A DNA stretch of 58,125 nucleotides from an uncultured virus (IMG/VR IMGVR_UViG_3300023214_000431) (IMGVR_UViG_3300023214_000431); one strand, 5' to 3'; shown: positions 28,251 through 36,995, counted from the stretch's first letter. Program-made: numbers and translations. The notes: a model not told the origin generated them from the letters alone.

Positions 28251-28757
28251 ATGGGAAAGTCACTTCTGGAAAAAGAGTTCGAGCGCTTGAGCAAAGGCGC
28301 CAAGTCGCAATCTGATTTCGACAAGGCATACCTCAAAGCGCTCGAAGCCACGAAGAAGCCTTACGAGCCGCGCTCGCCCGCAGGCCGCCAATACAAGCGA
28401 CGCCTTGAAAGAATCGGTGACTTTGGTGAACACGAGCAGGACCGTCTTGTTCGCGACTCTGAAGCTGGCATGGAGGAACCCCGTATTCCCAACCTCGACC
28501 GGATGAGCGAAGACAAGCTCATGGATTTCTGGGCGCGTTACCATCGCCCCACCAAAAAAACCATCAACGAACTCTTCCCGGGCTGGCCGCAGCGCGGATT
28601 GCGAAAAACCGTCTCCGCTTTGGCCAACTACGCCAGCAACAAAGCTGCCGAAAAAGCCAGTTGGAGGCGCCAAGATAGAACCGCGACCAACATCTACAAG
28701 AAAACCGCCGCCATGGTCTACGACGACCTCCCCGACTATGCCCGTTTCAAAGGATGA
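28251..28757 (+). CDS. FxxxF-leader family protein (doubled leader)
   Basis: LLEKEFERLSKG followed by DFDKAYLKALEATKK. Confidence 0.8.
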   Translation: MGKSLLEKEFERLSKGAKSQSDFDKAYLKALEATKKPYEPRSPAGRQYKRRLERIGDFGEHEQDRLVRDSEAGMEEPRIPNLDRMSEDKLMDFWARYHRPTKKTINELFPGWPQRGLRKTVSALANYASNKAAEKASWRRQDRTATNIYKKTAAMVYDDLPDYARFKG

Positions 28758-28760
28758 AAG

Positions 28761-29237
28761 ATGAGCACCAACGCATTTGAAAAGAGCTTCCAAAAGGCCA
28801 TCAAGGCCGTGAAGCAAGGCAAGGGCAAGCGCGTTCATGCCCATGGCATGACGGACCTCGATGTCGACGAAGCGCTCGATGCCTACCTGACAGCGGCAAT
28901 CTGGAGCACGTCAGGAACAACCCCTGAAGGCGAAGAACTGGAGAACCTCGATGATGTCTACAGCATCGACGATTTCTCCGATGAAGCTGTCAAGCAGGCA
29001 CGCAGCACCATCGCCAAGTTCTTCGCCGCCAATGCCAAAGACTTGCGTGCCACAGGAGCTGACGCTTCTCAACACGGCCACGACTTGTGGTTGACCCGTG
29101 AACGCCACGGCGTCGGTTTTTGGGATCGAGGTTACGGTCGTGCCGGTGACCGTCTCACCGAGGCTGCTCACAAGCTCGGCGAAGCCGATCTGTACGTGGG
29201 CGATGACAACAAACTCTATTTTGTGAGTACAAAATGA
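28761..29237 (+). CDS. FxxxF-leader family protein with GHDLWLTR..HG.GFWD domain
   Basis: AFEKSFQKAIKAVKQGKG; the passenger motif looks like one recurrent in phage hypothetical proteins (from recall, not searched). Confidence 0.8.
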   Translation: MSTNAFEKSFQKAIKAVKQGKGKRVHAHGMTDLDVDEALDAYLTAAIWSTSGTTPEGEELENLDDVYSIDDFSDEAVKQARSTIAKFFAANAKDLRATGADASQHGHDLWLTRERHGVGFWDRGYGRAGDRLTEAAHKLGEADLYVGDDNKLYFVSTK

Positions 29238-29779
29238 CCACATTCGACAAGAGCTTCCAAAAAGCCATGAAGGCTGTCCGTAAGGGCAAGCAGGGCAGCA
29301 ACCTTCGCGGTTATCGCTTGAACCAAATCGAGAAGCGCAATGCGCTTGCCATGTCCAAACGACCCCGCGATCTGAGCCGAGTCAAAAAATTCGACTACAT
29401 CTCGCGTTGGACGCAAGGTCACTACAACCCCCACGACAACATCGTCGTCCGCGACAAGTTCGGCAAGCACGAGCTATCGGGCAGCCATGGCAGCAGCGAC
29501 TACGTTTCCGTCTTCAAGAACATCAGCGGCGACCGCATCTTCTACTACGTCCTCACAGAGAACCCGCGTCTGCCCTACATCGGCCTCAACGAGTACATGG
29601 TCACCCGTGGCGACAAAAGCAAAGTCGATAAAGACGAACGCTACGAGCCCGATGACGTGGTGATGCCGAGCGCCGAAGTCTTCGCCCAAGAGCACGAGAC
29701 CTACGAATACCTCGGGAAAAATTGGGAAGACAAATCCGAACTGTGGAAGGTCAAAGCCCTCCGCGACCACATGGGATAG
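29234..29779 (+). CDS. FxxxF-leader family protein
   Basis: MTTFDKSFQKAMKAVRKGKQG. Confidence 0.8.
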   Translation: MTTFDKSFQKAMKAVRKGKQGSNLRGYRLNQIEKRNALAMSKRPRDLSRVKKFDYISRWTQGHYNPHDNIVVRDKFGKHELSGSHGSSDYVSVFKNISGDRIFYYVLTENPRLPYIGLNEYMVTRGDKSKVDKDERYEPDDVVMPSAEVFAQEHETYEYLGKNWEDKSELWKVKALRDHMG

Positions 29780-29809
29780 CCCAGCTTCACATCCAAAAGG
29801 AAACCTCAG

Positions 29810-30247
29810 ATGTTCGGCATTCTCATCCTCGGCGGAATCACAGCCGCTCTCGTCGCCTGGAGCAAGCGCGACAAGATCTCAGGCCCAGGCATGGGCTCGC
29901 CTCTCGGGCTGCCCCCGATGATGGGCAAAGCCCTCGATGGCAAAACGGCCAAGTACGAAGACTCGAAGGTTCCGACCGGCATCCCGGGGCCACCTTTACA
30001 GCCTGAAGAAGAGCGTCTCTTGTCCCTCATCACCTTGTGGGTGAAAGACAAGAGCTTCCCACCTGGCAAGAAGCGCTTCATGACTCGCGCACTCGCCGTC
30101 GAAGCGGCCAAACTCGCCGCGCAACTTGGCCTCGTGCAAACCGCCAAAGCCATCTTGACCGATGGCCGCCTTCCCACCGAACGCATGGGGCGTCGAATGA
30201 TCACCATTCGCGAGGCTGTTGTGGCCTTCAACAACAACAAGGACTGA
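29810..30247 (+). CDS. Membrane-anchored small helical protein
   Basis: MFGILILGGITAALVAW; ISGPGMGSPLGLPPMMG. Confidence 0.75.
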   Translation: MFGILILGGITAALVAWSKRDKISGPGMGSPLGLPPMMGKALDGKTAKYEDSKVPTGIPGPPLQPEEERLLSLITLWVKDKSFPPGKKRFMTRALAVEAAKLAAQLGLVQTAKAILTDGRLPTERMGRRMITIREAVVAFNNNKD

Positions 30248-30250
30248 GAC

Positions 30251-30649
30251 ATGGCAAAGAAATTCGACGAAGAGTTCATCGCAGCAATCAACGCGACCAA
30301 GCGCCGCAGTGGGCGTCGGCTGTCCCGCGAGGCTGTCGCCAGTGTCGGCAAGCGCGGCATCTTCGGCATGACCACCAAAGCTGTCAAGCGTCACACCCAC
30401 AAGGATGTCGAGTATCAGGTCGATGACATGCCTGGCACCTACAAGACCTTCGACGAAGCTGCCGGTGTTGCGATTGCCCGCGCCGCTTCGACCGGCCGCA
30501 AAGCCACCATCGACGTGTTGGTTTGGAGCCGGGCCGGTGCGCGCCACTACGGCGACAACTACGGCGTCGAGATCTACGAGGAAGACCCGGAAGCCAGTGT
30601 TTTCGAGCGCATCGAGATCAGAGCCGACAGCATGGGACGCATCCCGTAA
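30251..30649 (+). CDS. FxxxF-leader family protein
   Basis: MAKKFDEEFIAAINATKRR. Confidence 0.8.
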   Translation: MAKKFDEEFIAAINATKRRSGRRLSREAVASVGKRGIFGMTTKAVKRHTHKDVEYQVDDMPGTYKTFDEAAGVAIARAASTGRKATIDVLVWSRAGARHYGDNYGVEIYEEDPEASVFERIEIRADSMGRIP

Positions 30650-30652
30650 TTT

Positions 30653-30676
30653 AGTATCTTGACAATTTAAGATACT
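30653..30676. promoter_or_regulatory. Inverted repeat/operator overlapping TTGACA
   Basis: AGTATCTT-GACAATTT-AAGATACT, perfect 8 bp arms; same half-site as at 19999. Confidence 0.55.
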
Positions 30677-30716
30677 CAAGAGTCAATTTTCAGAGTTCCG
30701 AAGGAGTCAAAGAGCC

Positions 30717-31152
30717 ATGGCCAAAAAAGAAACCCTCGACACGCTTTACCGAAAAGCGCTCAAGCAGGTCGCCAAAGACGCTCGGGAGGTCAGCGGCGGA
30801 AAAAATCAAGAAGCACCTCAAGGTGACAGTGAAATCACATGCGCGCCATCTCGCAAACCTCCAAGCGAAACTTCGCGGCGTCCACGGCATGAAGAAGACC
30901 GAGACTTGGAAAGTCTACATTCTCGATGCCTGGCGCGACCCAGAAGGCGGATGGTACGAGAACAACCGTTTCCGTGCTGGCGAAGTCGAGCTTCCCGAGA
31001 ACGCCACCAACCGCCAAATCCTCAAAGCCATGCGCGACCAGGGTTTCCTCACTCAAGGCAGCGCAGGCAAGGCCGCCGCCCAAAACTTCCACTCCGATCC
31101 ACCTGGCATGTGGATTGTCAATAGAAACACACGCGAACCCACCTTCGCATAA
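30717..31152 (+). pseudogene. Leader-family gene interrupted by a one-base frameshift at the A6 run (30800-30805)
   Basis: AAGGAG RBS; MAKKETLDTLYRKALKQV leader; removing one A joins it to KIKKHLKVTVKS...WKVYILDAWRDPEGGWYEN. Confidence 0.65.
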
Positions 31153-31169
31153 CTGGACAACACCACACA

Positions 31170-31538
31170 ATGCCCCAGGGTATACCAATTGCTCCACAAC
31201 CTACGCCCAACACATTAGCCGAATGGTGGAAACAGCTCGTCGCTTTTTTCGGGGGCCTGATCATCTTCGGGACAGTTGCCTTTTTCGTGGCTAAGACTTT
31301 CTTCGTCCCCAAGGAAGACTGGCTCATCCACACCCAGAGCATCACGCAAAAACTCAACACCATCGCCAACAAAGTCGACAAGATTGCTGACAAGGTTGAC
31401 GCCAACACCAAGAGCTTGAGCAACGCCACAGACGCCATCCACAACATCGATCTCATCATGGCCGCTGAGGGACTATCCGTTGATTCACCTCGCGCACGCC
31501 GCATACGGCGTCAGCGCCGCCACGGTTCTGGTCGATGA
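31170..31538 (+). CDS. Single-TM coiled-coil protein (possible lysis/holin-like)
   Basis: LVAFFGGLIIFGTVAFFVA then NKVDKIADKVD; near the amidase. Confidence 0.65.
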   Translation: MPQGIPIAPQPTPNTLAEWWKQLVAFFGGLIIFGTVAFFVAKTFFVPKEDWLIHTQSITQKLNTIANKVDKIADKVDANTKSLSNATDAIHNIDLIMAAEGLSVDSPRARRIRRQRRHGSGR

Positions 31539-32023
31539 CCCGCAAGAAAAAAGCCCCTCGAAGCCGCGTGAAAGTTCCTCCTGGGGACTTGTCCGCCCGC
31601 AACCGCACGATGGTCTCGATGTTCCCCTGGAAGGTCATGCCCATCTCGAAGCTGCCACCCTCGGCCAAGAAAGCCCTATGCGTGCAGCAAGATCCGACTT
31701 TACATACCTCTACCCAGCTCATCGAGAAGTTCGGGCCCACGTTCAAGATCGGAATCGCCAAGATCCCAATGGCGGCCTTGATGGTCCAGGCGATGAACGA
31801 CCCCAACAAGGTCGACGCCTTCGACACCTTCGACGAATACCACTGCGAATACAGGGGTGACGAGAAAGTGCCACGTCATAAGACTCAGTGGCCCATCGTC
31901 CTATCTGGCGAAGATTGGGGCGATGACGAAGGCGAGACCATCATGGATGGATGGCACAGGTTCCACAGCTACTACCGCTCGGGCATAAAAAATGTGACCG
32001 TACTCTGGTATGTAGACGAATAG
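31535..32023 (+). CDS. ParB/Srx-like domain protein
   Basis: WPIVL...IMDGWHRF...G.K.V.V. Confidence 0.7.
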   Translation: MTRKKKAPRSRVKVPPGDLSARNRTMVSMFPWKVMPISKLPPSAKKALCVQQDPTLHTSTQLIEKFGPTFKIGIAKIPMAALMVQAMNDPNKVDAFDTFDEYHCEYRGDEKVPRHKTQWPIVLSGEDWGDDEGETIMDGWHRFHSYYRSGIKNVTVLWYVDE

Positions 32024-32105
32024 TCAAGGTATTCTTTCAGGGTCGACTGTCCCTCCCTGAAAACAGGATCTAAAAGGGACATCAGAGAAAACAAGGAGAC
32101 ACATC

Positions 32106-32303
32106 ATGGCACGAAGAAAGTCAAAGGGTCGTCGCTCGACCGGTCGTCGCTCGAAGGGTCGTCGGTCGAAGGGCCGTCGTTCCACCGGTCGTCGTTCGAG
32201 CGGTCGCAAGCGTTCACGCGGCACCAAGGCAAGCCGCAGCGCCGCTGCCAAGAAAGCCTGGCGCACGCGCAAGCGTCGCTACGGCAAGTCTGGCCGAGCC
32301 TAA
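32106..32303 (+). CDS. Protamine-like basic protein
   Basis: AAGGAG RBS; (GRRS[KTS])5 and RSAAAKKAWRTR; no acidic residue. Confidence 0.85.
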   Translation: MARRKSKGRRSTGRRSKGRRSKGRRSTGRRSSGRKRSRGTKASRSAAAKKAWRTRKRRYGKSGRA

Positions 32304-32385
32304 TCTGGTCGCCCTCCACAGCGGCCACTCTCCAAGCAGCGTGCCATGAGCTTCTCCTGGTCGCTGTAAGAGAGGGCTCTCCAGA
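32304..32385 (+). other. Long interrupted hairpin after the protamine-like gene
   Basis: TCTGG/CCAGA, GCCCTC/GAGGGC, ACAGCGGCCA/TGGTCGCTGT nested pairings. Confidence 0.6.
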
Positions 32386-32486
32386 CAACTACGCCTGCGC
32401 ACACACAGACCCCCAATCTGTTTTTCCTCACGCGCCCCGCTCGCGCTTGAGGTCATCCGCGTTTGCAACCTGGCGAAAGATGCGAA

Positions 32487-33131
32487 ATGCAGGTAACCGA
32501 AATCAAGGACAACCGCCTCGTCGGCGTGAACCACGTCGAGACGCCCAACATGAGCGGCTCAATTCTCGGTCCTCGTTTCATCACCATGCACTACACCGCA
32601 GGACCTTCCTGGCAGCGTGCTGTATCAAACTTTCAGAAACCATCACACAAAGCATCCGCTCACGTCGTCATCGGTCGTGATGCGACGACAACTCAGCTTG
32701 CTCCATTCAATCGCATCACCTGGCACGCAGGTAAGTCCTTTTGGAAGCCTGCACAGGGACAAGGCCGTATTCTCGGCCTTCGCCGCCTCAACCGTTTCAG
32801 CATCGGCATCGAGCTGGTCAACGCGGGCCCGCTTCGCCGCAGAGCCGATGGCGAGTTCTTCACATGGTGGGGAGCACGCATCCCCGAAGAAGAAGTTTTC
32901 GAGGTGGATCCGGAAGAACGTGGTTCATTCGGTCGGCGTTACTGGCATCGCTTCCCAGAAGAACAAATCTGGAGAGCCACCGAAATCGTGCAAGCCCTTC
33001 GAGCACACTACAGCACCATCGAAGATGTTCTTGGACACTCGGACATCTCCCCTGGCCGCAAAACCGATCCGGGCCCCGCATTCCCACTTGAGCATATTCG
33101 TTCCATCTCCGAAGGGAGGAACGTCTGTTGA
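32487..33131 (+). CDS. N-acetylmuramoyl-L-alanine amidase (Amidase_2, AmpD-like), probable endolysin
   Basis: MHYT, SAHVVI, WHAG.S, N.FSIGIE, GHSDISPGRKTDPG. Confidence 0.95.
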   Translation: MQVTEIKDNRLVGVNHVETPNMSGSILGPRFITMHYTAGPSWQRAVSNFQKPSHKASAHVVIGRDATTTQLAPFNRITWHAGKSFWKPAQGQGRILGLRRLNRFSIGIELVNAGPLRRRADGEFFTWWGARIPEEEVFEVDPEERGSFGRRYWHRFPEEQIWRATEIVQALRAHYSTIEDVLGHSDISPGRKTDPGPAFPLEHIRSISEGRNVC

Positions 33132-33478
33132 GCTTCGACGATGAGTTCATGCGGGCGCTTCGCGCAGCTTCGCCTCGCAAACCAGCAAAGGCAAAGAAGC
33201 GCAAAGCCAGCCGTGCCAAAACCCGATACGGATACCTCGTTATTGACTGGCCCATCGTCGAAGACGACATCGAGCAGTCGGGCGGTGGAGCCATTTTACT
33301 AGGAGAAGAAGACGAGATGACCATCTCCCGTTCTTCCCACCCCAAAGCAGAACTCGCCCTGAAAGAAAACCTCGAACGGCTTCAACAAGATGCTCACACC
33401 ATCATTGGGCCTACTGCACGAATCTTCTCTCACCGCAAAAACATCTTCCTCTCCAACGACAAGGTAGAAAAACCATGA
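33128..33478 (+). CDS. FxxxF-leader family protein
   Basis: GGAGG RBS, TTG start coupled to the amidase stop; MSFDDEFMRALRAASPRK. Confidence 0.75.
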   Translation: MSFDDEFMRALRAASPRKPAKAKKRKASRAKTRYGYLVIDWPIVEDDIEQSGGGAILLGEEDEMTISRSSHPKAELALKENLERLQQDAHTIIGPTARIFSHRKNIFLSNDKVEKP

Positions 33479-35685
33479 ATTTTTTGCAGATCCCAACGCC
33501 TGCTAGCGGAGCAGGTACACCCATCGCCACGGCTTCTCTGGCTCCGCAAAAGACCTTCATCATTTCCGGAACATATGTCGGAAACATCTACATCGAAGGC
33601 AGCAATGATGATGGGGTGACCTGGTTCAACATTCTCCAGAGCCTTCCTCCTGGAGGCCAGCCACAAAACCCGGACATCACTGTCGTCGCGCAAAAGATCC
33701 GTGTGAGAAGAGACGGTGCAGGCGGCTCCCCCATCATTTTTGTAGGCGCCGAAAACGGATCTTCGCCTTCCTTCGCGTCCTTTAGCGTCGGGCAACTTGT
33801 ACCCGGCACTGCCCTCGACACCAGCTCTTTTGGTCCCACTAAAACCCTGGCAGTTCCCTCCACCTTCACAGGCGAAGTCATTTTTGAAGGCACTCAAGAC
33901 GGTAATGACTGGAATGTCATCACAAAACTCACTCCTGGCGACCAAAAAACCTTCATAAACCTCAGCTACAGCGCCATTCGAGCACGCACGACCACCACTG
34001 TTACCGGCACACCGCAAGCATCCATCGGTGCCATGGACGATGAAGAAAGCGACCTCAATCTTGCCACGTGGAGTGGTGTTCGTTACTTCTTCATCGATAA
34101 CGAAAACGGCAATGATGCCAACACCGGATACATCGATGGCACCGCCAATAGCACTTTCACAACAGCCGACACCGACATAGCCATCAAAACCTTTCAGCGC
34201 CTCCGTCAACTCATACCCATAAAAGGCAATAATCGCTCCTATGTGGTCCTCGCCAAAACTCGTTCAGACTTTGGCACCTATGTCGACCAGAACGGCAATC
34301 CCGACAGCATTGTTGTCAACACTTTCGGCTATCAAAGTGAGATCATCCATGCTTCCAGCGATCTCACTTGGAACGACGCAGACAAAAAAAGCTGCGGCGC
34401 CTGGAAAGATCCAGCATTAACTGGTCCAAATAACGATGGTAGTTGGACTGTTAACAGCATCACAAACGTAGGAACCGGCGAAGGTGCAACAGTCGAAGTC
34501 GCCAGCGGCATATTACCTGCTGACACTGATCTCATAAAGGCTTGCTACCTCGCAGCCGAAGACGGAACAAACACTGGCCCAAACGAGCTTGCTCGAATTG
34601 TTAAAAGGCTCTCTGATACCACTTTTCGGGTCAACAACGATGACTTGAAAATCGCAAACGGCGGTGCTTTTTGGCTCGTCAAGCCTGGTATCGCTGTTTC
34701 TTCAATCGTACCGACAAGCAGACCTTCAGGGAACCCTAACGACAATGCTAATGACATGTTTTCGCGTTCTAATTTGCACTTAGGAGGATTCAGGGTCACG
34801 GACGGCGTAGTTATTGTCGATGGCGACTTCGCTTGCGACTTCATCAATTGGGAAAGCGATCTCAGAGTAAAACGCGGACGCATAGCATCCGGCAGCGCGA
34901 CACTCAACTCCGCGGGCACTTTAGTTGGCCCCAATGTTGGGTGTGTTTTTCAAGGTGTAGAAACCTATCTCTCACATTGTCTATTCGACATTGGACGCCC
35001 CATAATCGTAGCAGGCGCGCTCTTCGGGATTAGAAAGCCCGTCCAAGACTCGCGTATTGGCGAAAATGGTGGTCGAGTAATTGGAATTTTCCAATTGATT
35101 GGGCCAGGAGGGTCATATTCGTCCTTTTCTACCACTGTGAGCACCCTGTTTATAGGAACATTTGATGGAAACGCGCCCAACTTAGATCTCGATTTTGACG
35201 GCAAACTTTTACACAGCGGCGTCGCAACATACATTGGCGTTTCATTGAACAATAGCGCTGGTGAGGGAATAGAATTGAACGGAATCGCACCCGTTGCAAG
35301 TTTCCGCTTCTTGCACGGATCGCCATCAGGTGATGGTGTCGTCTTTGATCCTGACGGCTCCTCCGAATCCCATGAAGGGTCAGTGTTTTTCTTCGACACA
35401 CCTACAATGACGCCGGGCGGTGCAGACATTCAGATGGTGAACCAAAGCGCCACTTTTGCAGAGGTGGCATCCTCTGAACGCATCGACGAGAACGATAACA
35501 AAGTTACTGGACAAAATATCGAAAACAAGAAACGAACTAGCGGCACGCTTGGCAACTATCCCGTACTTTCTGCCGATCCAGCGAGTCCTGCAAACGGCGA
35601 CATCTGGATCTTCGACGACGGCGGCGGAACAAGGGAAATCCGAGTACGAATCGGGGGGGCTACGTACGGTACGGCTGTCTCATGA
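33475..35685 (+). CDS. Spike/receptor-binding protein with two N-terminal base domains and beta-rich body
   Basis: KTFIISGTYVGNIYIEGSNDDG and KTL....FTGEVIFEGTQDG repeats; YFFIDNENGNDANTG motif; ends DPASPANGDIW. Confidence 0.75.
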   Translation: MNFLQIPTPASGAGTPIATASLAPQKTFIISGTYVGNIYIEGSNDDGVTWFNILQSLPPGGQPQNPDITVVAQKIRVRRDGAGGSPIIFVGAENGSSPSFASFSVGQLVPGTALDTSSFGPTKTLAVPSTFTGEVIFEGTQDGNDWNVITKLTPGDQKTFINLSYSAIRARTTTTVTGTPQASIGAMDDEESDLNLATWSGVRYFFIDNENGNDANTGYIDGTANSTFTTADTDIAIKTFQRLRQLIPIKGNNRSYVVLAKTRSDFGTYVDQNGNPDSIVVNTFGYQSEIIHASSDLTWNDADKKSCGAWKDPALTGPNNDGSWTVNSITNVGTGEGATVEVASGILPADTDLIKACYLAAEDGTNTGPNELARIVKRLSDTTFRVNNDDLKIANGGAFWLVKPGIAVSSIVPTSRPSGNPNDNANDMFSRSNLHLGGFRVTDGVVIVDGDFACDFINWESDLRVKRGRIASGSATLNSAGTLVGPNVGCVFQGVETYLSHCLFDIGRPIIVAGALFGIRKPVQDSRIGENGGRVIGIFQLIGPGGSYSSFSTTVSTLFIGTFDGNAPNLDLDFDGKLLHSGVATYIGVSLNNSAGEGIELNGIAPVASFRFLHGSPSGDGVVFDPDGSSESHEGSVFFFDTPTMTPGGADIQMVNQSATFAEVASSERIDENDNKVTGQNIENKKRTSGTLGNYPVLSADPASPANGDIWIFDDGGGTREIRVRIGGATYGTAVS

Positions 35686-35813
35686 AAAGAGACGAAATGA
35701 TCAACATAACAGTGAAGAAAAAACGCCCGAACAAAAACCAAAAAAAGCCAAAAGAAGACACGACCGAAGACCCAACCAAGCCCGACATTCCCTCTCCTCA
35801 CAAGCCCGAGTAA
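35682..35813 (+). CDS. 43 aa Lys/Pro-rich peptide
   Basis: ATGA-coupled, fills the gap to 35817. Confidence 0.4.
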   Translation: MKRDEMINITVKKKRPNKNQKKPKEDTTEDPTKPDIPSPHKPE

Positions 35814-35816
35814 AAC

Positions 35817-36986
35817 GTGGGCGTAAACAACTTCTTCACCGTCGCAACATTGCTACCTGGCGCCGAAGGCGCGCAGGCGGCCATCGATCTATTTGCGCTG
35901 CTGCCCGCCACGGGATTGGACAAGGACCTGACCTTCATGGCTTACGGCTCCTTCTCGGGGAACGTAAGCATCGAGGGCTCCCCAAGCGAAAACGGCAACG
36001 ACTGGTCCGTCGTTACTGATTTCGAGGCAGGGCCTCAAGACGCCGATGGCGAACCAGGTCCGCCCGATGCGTTCTCGCCCATCCTGGTCAAAAACTGCAT
36101 CGTCAGGCGTCTTCGGGCACGAATTTACGGACGCATCTTCACCGAGACCGTCATCACGGTTGCGGGCGAGCAGAACTGCGATTGCTCAACGGGCGGTGCC
36201 TCAGGCGTCACCGGCCCCCAGGGCCCCACAGGCCCCGCAGGACCGACCGGAGCGACCGGCCCAGCAGGTCCAACGGGTGCTACCGGTCCAACCGGCCCCC
36301 AGGGCCCCACAGGCCCCGCAGGACCGACCGGAGCGACCGGCCCGGCAGGCCCAACGGGTGCCACCGGTCCAACCGGTCCCCAGGGCCCCCAGGGCCCACA
36401 AGGCGATACGGGCGTGACCGGTGCCACCGGCCCCACAGGTCCGCAAGGCCCTACTGGCCCAGCCGGTCCCACAGGCGCCACTGGCCCAGCCGGTCCCACA
36501 GGCGCCACTGGCCCAGCAGGCACCAACAACTTCACCGAGATCATCTCCCCGATGAAGTCGGTGACGGGCACGACCATCATTCGGCTCGACAATGCCAACG
36601 TCACCACGCTGCCCACGCTCATCACGAGCGCCGACATCGACACCGACCTGTTCACGGGCTTCAAGGTTCCAACAGGTGCCATCGCCTCGGGTATCACGAT
36701 GCCAGTGCCTTTGGGCAACCCCCTCAGCGGCAAGCTCGATGGGCGCAAGATCACCTTCACCTTCCGAGTCCATCCCACAGGCGTTTCCATCATCTGGCCG
36801 ACAGGCGTCTCGGGTGGCTACATCTTCGCTGCTGAGGACACCCTCGGACCCAAGCTCTCCCAGGCAGAAGATCTTTTTAACGATACCACCCACCCCAACG
36901 GTATTATCAAGATCGGGTTTGAGTTCCAGGAAGACGATTCACGCTGGTTGTGCGTGGCCCTTGCTGGCATCTTTGACCCGCCATAG
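35817..36986 (+). CDS. Collagen-like fibre (base domain, CxC, Gly-X-Y x36, beta head)
   Basis: [12 protein letters not shown] base, NCDC, uninterrupted [12 protein letters not shown] triplets. Confidence 0.9.
   Translation: MGVNNFFTVATLLPGAEGAQAAIDLFALLPATGLDKDLTFMAYGSFSGNVSIEGSPSENGNDWSVVTDFEAGPQDADGEPGPPDAFSPILVKNCIVRRLRARIYGRIFTETVITVAGEQNCDCSTGGASGVTGPQGPTGPAGPTGATGPAGPTGATGPTGPQGPTGPAGPTGATGPAGPTGATGPTGPQGPQGPQGDTGVTGATGPTGPQGPTGPAGPTGATGPAGPTGATGPAGTNNFTEIISPMKSVTGTTIIRLDNANVTTLPTLITSADIDTDLFTGFKVPTGAIASGITMPVPLGNPLSGKLDGRKITFTFRVHPTGVSIIWPTGVSGGYIFAAEDTLGPKLSQAEDLFNDTTHPNGIIKIGFEFQEDDSRWLCVALAGIFDPP
36204..36527 (+). repeat. Collagen triple-helix repeat, 36 triplets, Thr-rich
   Basis: [18 protein letters not shown] ... 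GTN. Confidence 0.95.
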
Positions 36987-36995
36987 GAGATTTTC

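Noticed and set aside
31170..31538. Definite holin call
   Set aside because: Only a single TM and proximity to the amidase; many other single-TM proteins exist here
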